From contig JAWAJB010000002.1 in NCBI GenBank assembly GCA_038888155.1, positions 96,001-160,000 on the forward strand: DNA of 64,000 bases. The letters are read 5' to 3'. Positions 1 through 10,642 of this stretch are shown here, piece by piece. Position 1 is the first letter of the stretch. Every line of letters starts with the position of its first letter. The DNA comes from Desulfurococcaceae archaeon (GTDB lineage: Archaea > Thermoproteota > Thermoprotei_A > Sulfolobales > Desulfurococcaceae). Position numbers and translations under genes: made by a program. The notes under the pieces were generated by a model, which saw nothing but the letters and a program-made list of their open reading frames with translations, had not been told where the DNA came from and searched no databases.

Positions 1-221
1 CTTAAATTAATTACTCGTACTTGATTTTATCGTTGTTCTTAATAGTTAGAGCGAGAAATGTAAGGAATTTAGATCTAAAGGCTACAGTGGCTTCTTTCAC
101 CGATTTAAACTATCGTCCTCCAATTTAGCTTCCAACGCTCGAACAAATTTGTTCGCTGCATTTTTGATCATCAGACCAAACATTTAACGTATAGTTATCT
201 AACTTTATGATTACTACAACT

Positions 222-275
222 CATCTTTTGTAGCTTTCCTAGGCTTTACAGCTCTTAGGTAATCTACAAAAGATG
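222..275. repeat. Intergenic inverted repeat / hairpin
   Basis: catcttttgtag (222-233) pairs perfectly with ctacaaaagatg (264-275), with imperfect inward extension. Confidence 0.7.
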
Positions 276-793
276 TAATAGAGCCATGTGCGCATCACTA
301 GCATGCTAAATCCCATAATTTCATTATAGCGGGTCTGACGAGTAAATCCACGGGACTACTATTAACGCAAGAGAATCTAAACTGTTCAATGAGGTATTTG
401 AGGTAAGTACTATGTTAATAAAGAAATGCATATACATTTGTGAGTATTAATTAGCTTTAAACTTTGTTACACAAAAAGCTCATAGCTAGTAAAATCAATT
501 CAGTGAATATGAGCATTTTTCAGCAGAGTAACAAAAACCTTAAATCTTGTGAAAAACAACAAGCTCGAACCTCACACTAACTTGCTCAACTCTACTAAGG
601 TAGTTAGATCAATGTATAAATCTTGGAAGCCAGTTCATAAATTGAGTTGAAAATAAAAATGTCGGTATAAGTTGAAAACGGGATTTTCGTTATTATAGTA
701 CCACAGAAATTTCCCGAGGTATCTAGCTTTTTATTTTCGTTTTTAACTTAATGCTATCATGGACACTTAATTAAGAACGGTGTATTTTAGGCT

Positions 794-3274
794 ATGAACA
801 TAGCTAGGGCACTGAAGAAACTAGAAAGTCATGTTGGGTGGATTATCTATAATTTCGCGTCTAAACCTAAGATATTGAAGGTATTTACAGCGCTAGTCGT
901 GATCGTTTCATTGATTTTCGGAGTAGCTATTAGGTCATCCTCCTATAGATTAAACGAGTTTGAGTTTTATGAGCTAGACAGCTATGTAGAGTACTGGCAG
1001 GCTAAGTACGTATATGAGCACGGTCCGCTGTCGTGGTATACATTAACACCAGAAAATCCATCTACGCATGTATTTTGGTATCCCTGGGGAAGGGACTTTT
1101 TACGCACTAGTTACCCGCTCCTACCCATGTGGACTGGCCTCTCTTTCCATATTGCAAGCTCTTTAGGTTTTAGCTTAAAAGAGTGGGCCTCTATCCAGCC
1201 CATTTTGTTCTCAGTTATAGCTACAATACTTGCGTGCTTAGCAGCGATTGAGATCTCTGAGAGCTATGTAGCCGGGGCGCTGGCCTCAATTTTCTATGCA
1301 ATACTGCCCGCAGCAGTTGAGAGATCGGTGCTAGGTTACGTGGAAAAAGAGGGCGTTGCAGCAGTTTTCTTGTTTTTATTTCTATTTTTTTACGCTAAAA
1401 ACTTGAAAAGCATAAGCAAACATCTCAAGGCGAGTCACTGGGTAAGGTATACAATACTCAGTGCTTGGTCGCTATCCATGATAGGGTGGCTGTGGGGGGG
1501 CTATGTGTTCATTCTCGGCACTGTTGTAGCATTTTCTGTGATGTCTCCTATACTTGTTAGAAGATATCTATCTAAGGATTTTGCTCTAAGCAACGTACTC
1601 TTGGTTATATTTTCATTTATCTTCGTTCTGCCGTCGCCATCTACTGCAAGCTCTCTAGGTCTCTATCCAATCTCTTTACGCGGCTTGGGTTGGATACTCC
1701 TAGCAGGTACTTTGCTCCCCCTGTTATTTTACTATCTTAATGTTGAGTACAGAAAACTAGGCTTCAAGAAACCGGTTCTCACAATGGGAGTATACGCTGT
1801 AGCTCTAATTGCGTTGGCTACCATTGGGGCCCTCTTGTCAGTTTACGGCATTCTGCCTATAGGTGGTAGGCTTGCGTGGGCGCTTGGACTGAGGTTTGTT
1901 GAAGTTCAACCTCTAGTGGAGAGCATTGCTGAGCATCAATCCCCCTTAACGAACATCTACACTGTCCTGGGAATGTTGCGTTCATGGGGTGTCTACTGGG
2001 AGCCTCTATTGTTTGCTTCTCCTCTATTTATGAGCATAATTGGAACTTTATACCTTCTGTATAAAGGCACTCCCGAGAAGGTCTACTTGTCGGTCGCTTT
2101 CGCTGTAGCTTTCTACTCATATTTGAACGCGGTTTACATGATTGGAGCAGCATCTTATCTAGGAGTTATTGTAGCAGCATCCATGGTAGCCATAATGATA
2201 AGCTACGTAGTTCCTAGGATCTCTCCCGTGAAATTGGGCAAGAAAAAAGAGCGCATCAAATCTCCCCATACTACGATCAATCCGTATATAAGAGTTGCGT
2301 TATTATTACTACTAGTAGCCATCCTCGCAAATACTGTATATGCAGGATACAGCGAACTTCAGAGCAACTCTAGGGTTATATACACTCTTAGAGCTGGACT
2401 ATCGGATTTGTCTCTCTACTATACAAGTAGCTGGTACAAAGCCATTGATGCGATGAAGTCTACTCCCAACGGGTCAGTTATTATCGCGTGGTGGGACTAT
2501 GGATATGGAATTAGCGTGGCAGGGAATAGAGTGTCAGTTGCAGACGGATCAACTTTGAATAATACCCAGATAGGGATCATAGGATTAATAATGCTCTCTA
2601 ACTCTACAAGACAGGCCGCTGAGTTAGCAGGTTTATTTAAAGCTAGGGCTAATGAGACATTCCTAATGGTCATAGAGGGCGTGTTTATATCCGAGCAAAA
2701 CGACAGTTTAGTGATCTGGCCCGTCCTAACCGGGCGAGTTCTCCCAGGGCTAGTTGATTGGCCCAAGAGTCTTTGGATGATAAGGATAGGCAACTCTGTT
2801 GTTGACGAATTGCGCGGCAAAGGAGTCAATATAGACTACATTAGTACAGAGAAATTTCTTTACTTGTATAATATTGGGCAGGGCGTTATAAGTCCTAGAT
2901 ATGATCAACCAGAGAGAATGCCATTAATATACAGGCTTATAGTAGACGCTGTTTTATATTGGGCCGAGGAAAATAATAAAAACGGCATATTTGAGTGGTT
3001 TACTGGAGAGGAGCAAATTCTATCAGAGTCAGATGTAAGAAACGTCTACAGCTACCTTAGAATAAATATTTCCAGGAGAGTTCAGGTGACAGATGTTGTT
3101 GGTATCTCAGAAAGACCCTTGGTTAACGATACCTACCTTGAGCCGTTTGCAGTCGTAGTTGAGCCATTCATTGACCCTGAAACTAAAGAGCCATTTACAA
3201 CAACTTATATGGGTTATCGCGGCCGCGTTTACAGCGTAATCATCCTGTATAAATTCAGGGAAATACCTACCTAG
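794..3274 (+). CDS. aglB: Oligosaccharyltransferase AglB (STT3 family)
   Basis: 826 aa; multi-TM N-terminal half, E-x-D-S-Y motif (YELDSY), SIAEH motif and the diagnostic WWDYG motif in a soluble C-terminal domain. Confidence 0.95.
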   Translation: MNIARALKKLESHVGWIIYNFASKPKILKVFTALVVIVSLIFGVAIRSSSYRLNEFEFYELDSYVEYWQAKYVYEHGPLSWYTLTPENPSTHVFWYPWGRDFLRTSYPLLPMWTGLSFHIASSLGFSLKEWASIQPILFSVIATILACLAAIEISESYVAGALASIFYAILPAAVERSVLGYVEKEGVAAVFLFLFLFFYAKNLKSISKHLKASHWVRYTILSAWSLSMIGWLWGGYVFILGTVVAFSVMSPILVRRYLSKDFALSNVLLVIFSFIFVLPSPSTASSLGLYPISLRGLGWILLAGTLLPLLFYYLNVEYRKLGFKKPVLTMGVYAVALIALATIGALLSVYGILPIGGRLAWALGLRFVEVQPLVESIAEHQSPLTNIYTVLGMLRSWGVYWEPLLFASPLFMSIIGTLYLLYKGTPEKVYLSVAFAVAFYSYLNAVYMIGAASYLGVIVAASMVAIMISYVVPRISPVKLGKKKERIKSPHTTINPYIRVALLLLLVAILANTVYAGYSELQSNSRVIYTLRAGLSDLSLYYTSSWYKAIDAMKSTPNGSVIIAWWDYGYGISVAGNRVSVADGSTLNNTQIGIIGLIMLSNSTRQAAELAGLFKARANETFLMVIEGVFISEQNDSLVIWPVLTGRVLPGLVDWPKSLWMIRIGNSVVDELRGKGVNIDYISTEKFLYLYNIGQGVISPRYDQPERMPLIYRLIVDAVLYWAEENNKNGIFEWFTGEEQILSESDVRNVYSYLRINISRRVQVTDVVGISERPLVNDTYLEPFAVVVEPFIDPETKEPFTTTYMGYRGRVYSVIILYKFREIPT

Positions 3275-3331
3275 TTAAAGGGTGTCGTATTTTTTAAGTC
3301 CACGGATACGATATTACCACGGTGAAAGGTA

Positions 3332-3859
3332 GTGCTCAGAAAAAAGGACCCCTTGAGGAAGGGGTTTGAGTTATTATATACTACTAGGCTTTTGAAGACC
3401 AGAGTAAGCAGGGTACAGAGTAGACTTAATGATAGAATTGGCGAGCTGTCAAAGCGAATGTTGGATCTCGAGGCAAGAGGTGAAGGCTACCTCGCAAAGA
3501 GATACGCAGAAGAAATAGCTAAATTAAAGGAGCTGTCAAGAAGAATGGATACACTTCTTTTAGTCGTGGATAAGGTAGACCTTGCAATTCAGCACGCTCT
3601 AGTACTTAAGGAATTCAACTCTCTGTCGAGAGAACTAGCGGTATTGCTAAAAGATGTAACTAAGCTACCCGAGTCCCACATGCCTGACGTAGGCATATTA
3701 TTTGCTGATCTCGAGGAATCGGTCAGGGAGCTATCGAGCCTTACAGGAACTTGGAGTACAGGTACATTAAATCACGCCCATCCTAGCGACACTGAAGTGA
3801 AAGCTATACTTGCAGAGGCACGTGAAATACTCAGGAAGAACCTTGAGCCAGGTTCTTAG
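3332..3859 (+). CDS. ESCRT-III/Snf7-like protein (CdvB paralog)
   Basis: All-helical 175 aa with AKRYAEEIAKL and C-terminal EVKAILAEA, resembling archaeal CdvB family patterns; GGTGA RBS before GTG start. Confidence 0.6.
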   Translation: MLRKKDPLRKGFELLYTTRLLKTRVSRVQSRLNDRIGELSKRMLDLEARGEGYLAKRYAEEIAKLKELSRRMDTLLLVVDKVDLAIQHALVLKEFNSLSRELAVLLKDVTKLPESHMPDVGILFADLEESVRELSSLTGTWSTGTLNHAHPSDTEVKAILAEAREILRKNLEPGS

Positions 3860-4530
3860 AGCTGTATTGTGTACCTCCTTTCCTCTCTTATTGTTGCTAG
3901 TTTTGTGTTAAGCTTTCCCAGGAGATCTATTATTTCTTGGGGAACTCTCTTGTATAAATCTCCTGGTATTAGAACTAAGTACTCTACGTATTCTCGGTTT
4001 AGCAAACACGAACCGATTATATAGGCTAAGTACCTATACTGCGTTGATAGAGGCGCAGACGGATCTATTACCCAAACCCCTGTTAGCTCATTTTCCTCTC
4101 CTTTCTCGGCTATGATATCTGGTTCGAGTGGCTTGTTAGTTCTATTCAAGCTGACATCATAACCCATACCTTCAAGTTTTTTTACAACTTCTTCTACTAG
4201 CATTTTCCTGGCTGCAATCATCCTCTGAGTGCCAATGTATTTTTCAAGTTCGCCGTGCTCCTCTGGGTTATAAAGTGTGTATTTTCCCCGCTCAATCCTA
4301 TAGAGGAATAATTTCTCAGGATCCCTGTACTTCTCTTTACTGCTACTGTTCACTGTCACTAGGTCTATTTCAAAGTCGAGGCTCTCTCCAGATCTAGAAG
4401 GATCTCTCCTCCTAACTTCTTCTACGAGCTCTTTCCTTGTGAAGTAGACTTTACCGTTCCTGTATAGTGCCTCTGCAGCCTCCTTCAAGAGTGTCCAGTT
4501 AGGTTTTTTACCTATTTCCTCACTACTCAA
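3856..4530 (-). CDS. Hypothetical protein: N-terminal winged-helix-like domain plus degenerate restriction-endonuclease-like C-terminal domain
   Basis: FTRKELVEEV...VTVN...RGKYTLY N-domain; GYDV...EPDIIAEK C-domain without an obvious ExK. Confidence 0.5.
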   Translation of the reverse strand: MSSEEIGKKPNWTLLKEAAEALYRNGKVYFTRKELVEEVRRRDPSRSGESLDFEIDLVTVNSSSKEKYRDPEKLFLYRIERGKYTLYNPEEHGELEKYIGTQRMIAARKMLVEEVVKKLEGMGYDVSLNRTNKPLEPDIIAEKGEENELTGVWVIDPSAPLSTQYRYLAYIIGSCLLNREYVEYLVLIPGDLYKRVPQEIIDLLGKLNTKLATIREERRYTIQL

Positions 4531-4544
4531 AAATGCTACACCTT

Positions 4545-5447
4545 TTAGACTTTGGGCCCTGATTCATTACTCCAGTTGTATTTATTCTCAACAAGGTTTA
4601 TTACTTTATCAACTATACTTGAGATAGCTCTCGCCGCTTCTCCATCTCTCTTGTTCAACATATATGGTTTTCCTTGTTCTATTGCCTCATTGACTTCAGG
4701 GTCTATTGGTATTTTGCCTAATAGCTGGGTGTTGTATTTAGCTACCAGCCTCTCGCCCGAGTAACCGCCCATGATGTTTGTTATTTTGCCACAATAAGAG
4801 CATTTGAAGTAACTCATATTTTCAATAACACCAAGTAGCTTTATACCCGCGGATGTTGCAAAATTGGCCGCCTTAGCCACTATGGTTTCGCTGAGCGTAT
4901 TGGGCGCTGTTACTAATATCCCGCCAGTAATTAATGGGATAGTTTGGGCCACTGTAAGAGGCACATCTCCTGTCCCTGGCGGCATATCTATGATTAAGTA
5001 CTCACCTTCTCCCCACGCAACTTTTGCAGCTAGCTCTACAATAGCCCTGGCTACTAGAGGGCCCCTCCACATAACAGGGGTGTCGGGAGACTCCAGCATT
5101 AAGTTGATAGCAACTATTTTTAATCCGAGTGGCCCATCAACAGGTAGAATCTCGCCGCTTTCGTTTGCGTAATGTTTCTTTCCCTGCACGCCTAAGAGCA
5201 ATGGAACAGAAGATCCATGTAGATCGGCATCAAATACAGTAACTTTGCGTCCACGCATCGCTATGCCAAGAGCCAACATTGACGATATAAACGACTTGCC
5301 GACGCCGCCTTTGCCGCTTATGACAACTATTTTGTACTTGTAGTTGCTCATTTTGTTTTTAGCTACTTCTTGCAGGCTGAAGATGGGAGTAAACTTAACC
5401 TTCTTTTCGCTCGTCATATAATACAACCCAGCTAGTTTATATCTCAA
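4545..5447 (-). CDS. Mrp/NBP35 family Fe-S carrier ATPase
   Basis: SGKGGVGKS Walker A, DADLHG, WRGP, DMPPGTGD, ENMSYFKCSYC; true start probably MTSEKK. Confidence 0.95.
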   Translation of the reverse strand: MRYKLAGLYYMTSEKKVKFTPIFSLQEVAKNKMSNYKYKIVVISGKGGVGKSFISSMLALGIAMRGRKVTVFDADLHGSSVPLLLGVQGKKHYANESGEILPVDGPLGLKIVAINLMLESPDTPVMWRGPLVARAIVELAAKVAWGEGEYLIIDMPPGTGDVPLTVAQTIPLITGGILVTAPNTLSETIVAKAANFATSAGIKLLGVIENMSYFKCSYCGKITNIMGGYSGERLVAKYNTQLLGKIPIDPEVNEAIEQGKPYMLNKRDGEAARAISSIVDKVINLVENKYNWSNESGPKV

Positions 5448-5485
5448 AGATAGCTAAATAAACCCAGAAGACAGAGGTAAAGAAC

Positions 5486-6421
5486 ATGATATGTAGTATT
5501 GCACCCGCTAAGGTACTTCTATTTGGAGAGCACTTTGTTGTTAGGGGCAAGCCTGCCCTTGGACTTGCCGTTGCTGTTTACGCCAAGGCGTGCGTACACA
5601 GTGGGTCTGGGAAGATATTTTCAAGGCAGTTGGGCATAGTTGAAAAGGATTCAAAAAAGCACGCCCTATTTTCAGCCCTGATTAACGCAGTCTATGAGAG
5701 GTATGGCCCACTGCCTAGCTTTGATATATATATTGACTCCGATATTCCAATGGCTTCTGGCATGGGCTCTTCTGCTTCAATTTCGGTTGCATTAACGCAG
5801 GCGCTCCTAACAGCATTAGGAGCGGATTTCAATCGAGAAGATATCCGAATAATAGCACATGAGGCAGAAAAATCAGTGCACTACAAGCCTAGCGGAGTTG
5901 ACACCTCTCTTGCCACTTACGGCGGACTTCTATACTATAAGCAGGGTTTATTTAGGAGACTTAATTTAAAGTTGCCGGAAAACATTGCGCTAATTATTGT
6001 GAACACAGGTATAGAGAGGTCTACGGGTGAAGTGGTGAGGGATGTCCTTAATAGAAGCGAACGCTTAGGTATAATAGCCGAGCACATATATAGTGCGGGC
6101 GAAAACATAGTTGAAAAAGCGGTTAAGTCGATTGAGTCCGAGGATATCGTTCTCTTGGGTGAATTAATGACCGTTAACCACGGCTTACTATGGTCACTGG
6201 GTGCCTCAAATAAAAGTTGTGATGAAATTGTTTACGCGCTAATTAACTTGGGGGCTTACGGCAGTAAACTCAGCGGTGCAGGAAGAGGGGGGATAGTTAT
6301 AGGCCTTATTAGTATGGAGTCAGCTAAAGTCGCTCAGAGGACCCTAAATGAAATGGGTTATAAAAGCATCATAGCAACGCCAGATTACATAGGCGTCAGA
6401 AATGTACAAAGTGAAGAGTAG
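5486..6421 (+). CDS. mvk: Mevalonate kinase (GHMP family)
   Basis: PAKVLLFGEHFVV, PMASGMGSSA, PSGVD, KLSGAGRGG motifs. Confidence 0.9.
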   Translation: MICSIAPAKVLLFGEHFVVRGKPALGLAVAVYAKACVHSGSGKIFSRQLGIVEKDSKKHALFSALINAVYERYGPLPSFDIYIDSDIPMASGMGSSASISVALTQALLTALGADFNREDIRIIAHEAEKSVHYKPSGVDTSLATYGGLLYYKQGLFRRLNLKLPENIALIIVNTGIERSTGEVVRDVLNRSERLGIIAEHIYSAGENIVEKAVKSIESEDIVLLGELMTVNHGLLWSLGASNKSCDEIVYALINLGAYGSKLSGAGRGGIVIGLISMESAKVAQRTLNEMGYKSIIATPDYIGVRNVQSEE

Positions 6422-6497
6422 TTACTTATAAATATCTAGGGGATGAAGTAATAGTAAGTTCTGAATGCGTGATTGATACTCCCATGGTCGGACCCCC

Positions 6498-6935
6498 ATG
6501 ATATCTAACAGTAGCGGAAGAAAAGGCAGAGTTTCCATTAAGGAATCAACAGATATATTAGTGAAGCTTAGTTTAATTATAGGCGAGATTATTCCAGTAT
6601 TCTACGAGTATAATAATAGGATCAGGCGAACTGGCTTCTACCTAAAGCCAGTCCATATAGCAACTAGAAGGCTAAGCAACGGGACTACAGTTAAATACTA
6701 CTATTATGGAAGGTACTGGTATAGAATCGAGCGCGATCCTATTGGCAGACTCAAATGGGTATACATGGGGAAAGAGAAACCATCTCTGAACATCCCAGAC
6801 CCCCCTCGCAACCCTCTCGAAGGAGTTGTCATAAAAAAATATAGTACCAATAGCAACATAGAGATAGAGTTTGCCAGCGAAGAGCTCTTTAGGGAAATAT
6901 ATAATAGACTCTTAAAGCTGAGCGGCAAGGTCTAA
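6498..6935 (+). CDS. Conserved-looking hypothetical protein (basic, Tyr/Trp-rich)
   Basis: 145-aa ORF filling the intergenic space; GFYLKPVH, YYYYGRYWY, WVYMGKEKP, PDPPRNPLEG. Confidence 0.6.
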   Translation: MISNSSGRKGRVSIKESTDILVKLSLIIGEIIPVFYEYNNRIRRTGFYLKPVHIATRRLSNGTTVKYYYYGRYWYRIERDPIGRLKWVYMGKEKPSLNIPDPPRNPLEGVVIKKYSTNSNIEIEFASEELFREIYNRLLKLSGKV

Positions 6936-7013
6936 TTTTCACATAAGTAAATAATCTTTAATTTTTATTAAAGAAAATCATAATAGTGATTGAAATAAAG
7001 CGGTGTCATAGCG

Positions 7014-8126
7014 TTGACTCGCAACATTATTGTAGATGGATTAATGTCCGCAATTCTACTGGGCTTGTTGGCATACTCTACACTAATATCTTTAGGTATA
7101 GCAAGCTACTTCTTCTACAAGCCCAAAAGAGGATCTAAAAGAGCAGAGAACATCGAGATAGTTGTAGTGTCTAAGGCTGACCACAAAGTCAAAAACAGCC
7201 TCCTCGAGGTTGTTAAATACCACATCAACAAGTACGGAAAAATTACAGTTGTAGTCGATGAAGATGCTCCGCTTACAGGCCTTTTAAGGAAAACCAGAGG
7301 GGCGAGATTGGTAGAGGTACCTGCAGGCTACAGAAAAGACCTCATTGGAAAAGGTAGGGCTCTTCAATACTTCGTAGATTATTTCGTGGAAAGAGGTAAA
7401 TGGTATGCTTTTATAGATGATGATAACCTGATTATCGATGACTCCTTTCTATATGAAATACCGAAATATGAGGAGAATGGCTATGTCGCCTCAAACGGTA
7501 TACTCGTTCCTCGACCTGGCCGAAGTACAATTGCATATGTAATGGACTGGATCAGGTACATGGACGACCTCTTATTATATAGGTTTTTCACAGGATCTCT
7601 TAAAAGACCTTTGCTCGGTCTTCATGGCGACTTAATTATAGTTAAAGGTGATGTGCTGAAGGAGATAGGATTTCATAGGAGAACGCTTACTGAAGATTTT
7701 GAATTCGCTGCAGAGTTAGTGAGAAGAGGGTACAAGACGTGGCAATCTGCTACAAGGGTATCCATAAAGAGCCCAAGTAGCATTAAGGATCTTGTCTTAC
7801 AGCGCGGGAGGTGGTTTAAGGGTATAGTTGAGGGCATTAGGAGATGTCCCCTTAAAATGAAACTAACTGTAATATTGCGAAGCTTCACCTTCGGTATAGG
7901 CTTCCTCCTCCTAATGATATTAGCTCCTATTGTATCGTATATTGGTCTTGTTTGGTTTGTGATACCTGGGGGCATTTATTACATGAGTACTTATACTTAT
8001 GGGATATACAAGGCTAGGAAGCTTTACTTGATACTGTTACTACCACTATTTGGGTTAATAGAAGCCACCTCTAGGGTATATGGACTTTTAAACGTAAATG
8101 AATACGTAGTTATTGACAAAAATTAG
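7014..8126 (+). CDS. GT2 family membrane glycosyltransferase
   Basis: GKGRAL, DDD (DxD), TED and QRGRW (QxxRW) motifs; N- and C-terminal TM helices. Confidence 0.9.
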   Translation: MTRNIIVDGLMSAILLGLLAYSTLISLGIASYFFYKPKRGSKRAENIEIVVVSKADHKVKNSLLEVVKYHINKYGKITVVVDEDAPLTGLLRKTRGARLVEVPAGYRKDLIGKGRALQYFVDYFVERGKWYAFIDDDNLIIDDSFLYEIPKYEENGYVASNGILVPRPGRSTIAYVMDWIRYMDDLLLYRFFTGSLKRPLLGLHGDLIIVKGDVLKEIGFHRRTLTEDFEFAAELVRRGYKTWQSATRVSIKSPSSIKDLVLQRGRWFKGIVEGIRRCPLKMKLTVILRSFTFGIGFLLLMILAPIVSYIGLVWFVIPGGIYYMSTYTYGIYKARKLYLILLLPLFGLIEATSRVYGLLNVNEYVVIDKN

Positions 8127-8152
8127 TGTTCCAGTTATCGTAATTGGCGACC

Positions 8153-9442
8153 TTAGCGCACGGGATAATATGCGCTTTTAACTCTCCTTGCGAACTTAGC
8201 TAAGTTCTTCAGTAGGAACTCCTTTTCGTGTCTGGCGACTTTAAGCTCACTTAGAAATGTTGAAAAGAAATTAATTGTTCTGTCCACCTCCTTGGCCCTA
8301 ATTTTGTAGGGGATACCGTCCTTGCCTCCATGAGCGTACGAATAAAGAAATGGATCAAATATATGGGTGGTAGGATCTCTCAACGATGGTTCGTATCCGT
8401 AGATCAAGTCAGCCACTAAAACAAATGCTCTCAAGGATTCGGGACCAATTCCTTCCATCATCATTAGTTCCTTGAAACTAGCAGGGCACTGCTTTTTTAT
8501 TTCCTCAGCTATTGTGGCTACTCTCTTCACATCTATAATTGGTCTATAGTATATGGGACACCTGTGGATCTTCTCTTTAACTGGGAGTCCGTGGCTTTGT
8601 ATTTCAATCATATCGGTGGTTGTCCTTAAAAATGATGTTATCTTGGGCAATCCCTTAATTAATCTGTTGACTTCGTGAATATCGCTAATTAGCGAACTAA
8701 CGGGCGTCGACTCGACTATTTCCATTAAAGCAGCTCTAACAGGCCTAGAAGAATCATCAACCATATTTAGTGAAGATCTAATTTTTGATGACAATACTCC
8801 CGAGTGGGGATCTTTCTCGCAGTCAACCATTTCCAGATTTCTGAGGTGGATGTGATACCTTCTTGCAACTCTTTCACTGATGTTCATGCCTTGCTGGATA
8901 ACCAAAAATTCTTCACTAGTCGTTGTTATCAATCCTTGTATATACAAAGCGTATCCATCTTGAATTCCTATAGAATCTATTCTAGCAGCAAGCCTACTTG
9001 TTTCAACTATACCCTCTAGATTAAATCTTCCTCCGAGGGATTTGACCTCTTGTAGGATCATAAGAGCATCTCTTCCCTTGCCCCCAAGAACTGCAATGCC
9101 GCGATCTTTTGCCTCTGAAGGTTTAAATGCATTCTTTAGCACGTAAAGGACTACCGTGGTAGATCCGCTGCTGTCCCAATCCATTCCTATGATATTGTTA
9201 AAGGCTTGAAACCATAAAGGATCAGCCAATCTTTCTAGGAGAGCACTCTCTCCATATATATCGACAATTAATCTAGCAATGATCGATCCCAATGTTTTCA
9301 TCCTTTTCAACAAGTATTCTGGTACTCGACCTTCATGAAGGGGAAGATCAGCTACTCCGCTTATTGACATTAAATCCATCCTGCAATTTTGGTACCAGCT
9401 TTCTACAGAGAATTCCGTCATTTTATAGTTTGTCACATTCAC
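8153..9442 (-). CDS. DUF763 domain protein
   Basis: ADLPLHEGRVP, GMDWDSSGSTT, IQQGMN, ARRYH, YAHGGKDG motifs; real start probably MSISGVAD. Confidence 0.85.
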   Translation of the reverse strand: MNVTNYKMTEFSVESWYQNCRMDLMSISGVADLPLHEGRVPEYLLKRMKTLGSIIARLIVDIYGESALLERLADPLWFQAFNNIIGMDWDSSGSTTVVLYVLKNAFKPSEAKDRGIAVLGGKGRDALMILQEVKSLGGRFNLEGIVETSRLAARIDSIGIQDGYALYIQGLITTTSEEFLVIQQGMNISERVARRYHIHLRNLEMVDCEKDPHSGVLSSKIRSSLNMVDDSSRPVRAALMEIVESTPVSSLISDIHEVNRLIKGLPKITSFLRTTTDMIEIQSHGLPVKEKIHRCPIYYRPIIDVKRVATIAEEIKKQCPASFKELMMMEGIGPESLRAFVLVADLIYGYEPSLRDPTTHIFDPFLYSYAHGGKDGIPYKIRAKEVDRTINFFSTFLSELKVARHEKEFLLKNLAKFARRVKSAYYPVR

Positions 9443-9574
9443 TTTATATATTTCAGCAGTGTAAGCACTAAGGTGAGAAAAGCTTAGATTGTATTATGAT
9501 AGAGTCTTCAACAAGGTATATCATCGAATGTTGAACTTTTAACTTACATCCACGCTTAGATGATATGAGCTTTC

Positions 9575-10639
9575 TTAGCATATTCTAGGGACAAGCTCTC
9601 CTCGCGGCGGCTCTATTAGCCTTAGCCCGCCAATGCTCGTCTCTGCAACTACGTAACCTTTGAAGAGATCGCTTTTTCTTACTTCACCTATAATCCTTGC
9701 ATTATCAAAGCCTTGGCTGTGGATAAACTCTAAGACTTCAGCGGCTAAATCGGCTCTTATGGAGATCACCGCCACTCCCTCGCTAGCTAAATAGAGAGGA
9801 TCAACACCGAGGGCTTCCGCGTAGCGTCTAACTGGTTCTCTTATCGGCACATCTTCCTCCTTTATGTGTATTAATACGCTGTTGTTATAGGCCCACTCGT
9901 TTAAAACTCCTGCTAACCCACCTCGCGTGGGATCTCTTGCTGCACTGATATATTTCCCATACTTTGCTAATAGTGGCAACATAAAATTGCTCAAAGGCTT
10001 TACATCGCTCTTTAAAAGCCCACTCGAAAACTCATTAAGAGTGCTATCAAGACCCATTTGGGCGAGCATTATTACAGCTCCATGATCTCCAACATAATCA
10101 CTTACAATAATCTTATCCCCACTTTGAGGCCTATCTAGGATAGGCCTCTCTGCTATGCCAACTCCTGTGGTTGTTATAACGATCTTGTCTATTTGTCCTC
10201 GTGGCATTACTTTGAAATCTCCTCCAATAAGCGCAACGTTCTCTGAGCTAATTAGGCGTAGCATAGAGTCGAGAATGCGCTCTAGATCATTTAAGGGGAA
10301 TCCCTCTTCAACAACTATAGAGTCCAACAATGCGATTGGCTTTCCTCCAAACATTAAAACGTCGTTTATAGAACCAGCCACAGCTAATACCCCAATATCC
10401 CCTCCTGGGAAAAATATAGGATTAACTGTATACGCATCTGTAGAAAGGATAAGGTATTTGTCTCCAGGCATTGGAATGGCAGCAGCATCATCGGGAAAAT
10501 CGATCCCAACCCCACCTATTACTTTTTTAAGCTTTTCATCAACTCGTTTAAACAGTATACTCTCAAGCAGCTCCCTAGTTTCAAGTCCTCCCGCTCCGTG
10601 AGCTAGCGTTATCCTACTCAAGCTAAAATCACCAAGCAA
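9575..10639 (-). CDS. hypE: Hydrogenase maturation protein HypE
   Basis: LAHGAGG, FFPGGDIG, RDPTRGG and C-terminal PRIC. Confidence 0.97.
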   Translation of the reverse strand: MLGDFSLSRITLAHGAGGLETRELLESILFKRVDEKLKKVIGGVGIDFPDDAAAIPMPGDKYLILSTDAYTVNPIFFPGGDIGVLAVAGSINDVLMFGGKPIALLDSIVVEEGFPLNDLERILDSMLRLISSENVALIGGDFKVMPRGQIDKIVITTTGVGIAERPILDRPQSGDKIIVSDYVGDHGAVIMLAQMGLDSTLNEFSSGLLKSDVKPLSNFMLPLLAKYGKYISAARDPTRGGLAGVLNEWAYNNSVLIHIKEEDVPIREPVRRYAEALGVDPLYLASEGVAVISIRADLAAEVLEFIHSQGFDNARIIGEVRKSDLFKGYVVAETSIGGLRLIEPPRGELVPRIC

Positions 10640-10642
10640 TAA

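Noticed and set aside
6441-6501. Possible C/D box sRNA (GGATGA...CTGA...GTGATTGA...ATGA)
   Set aside because: Boxes are non-canonical, spacing is irregular and I could not identify a guide target
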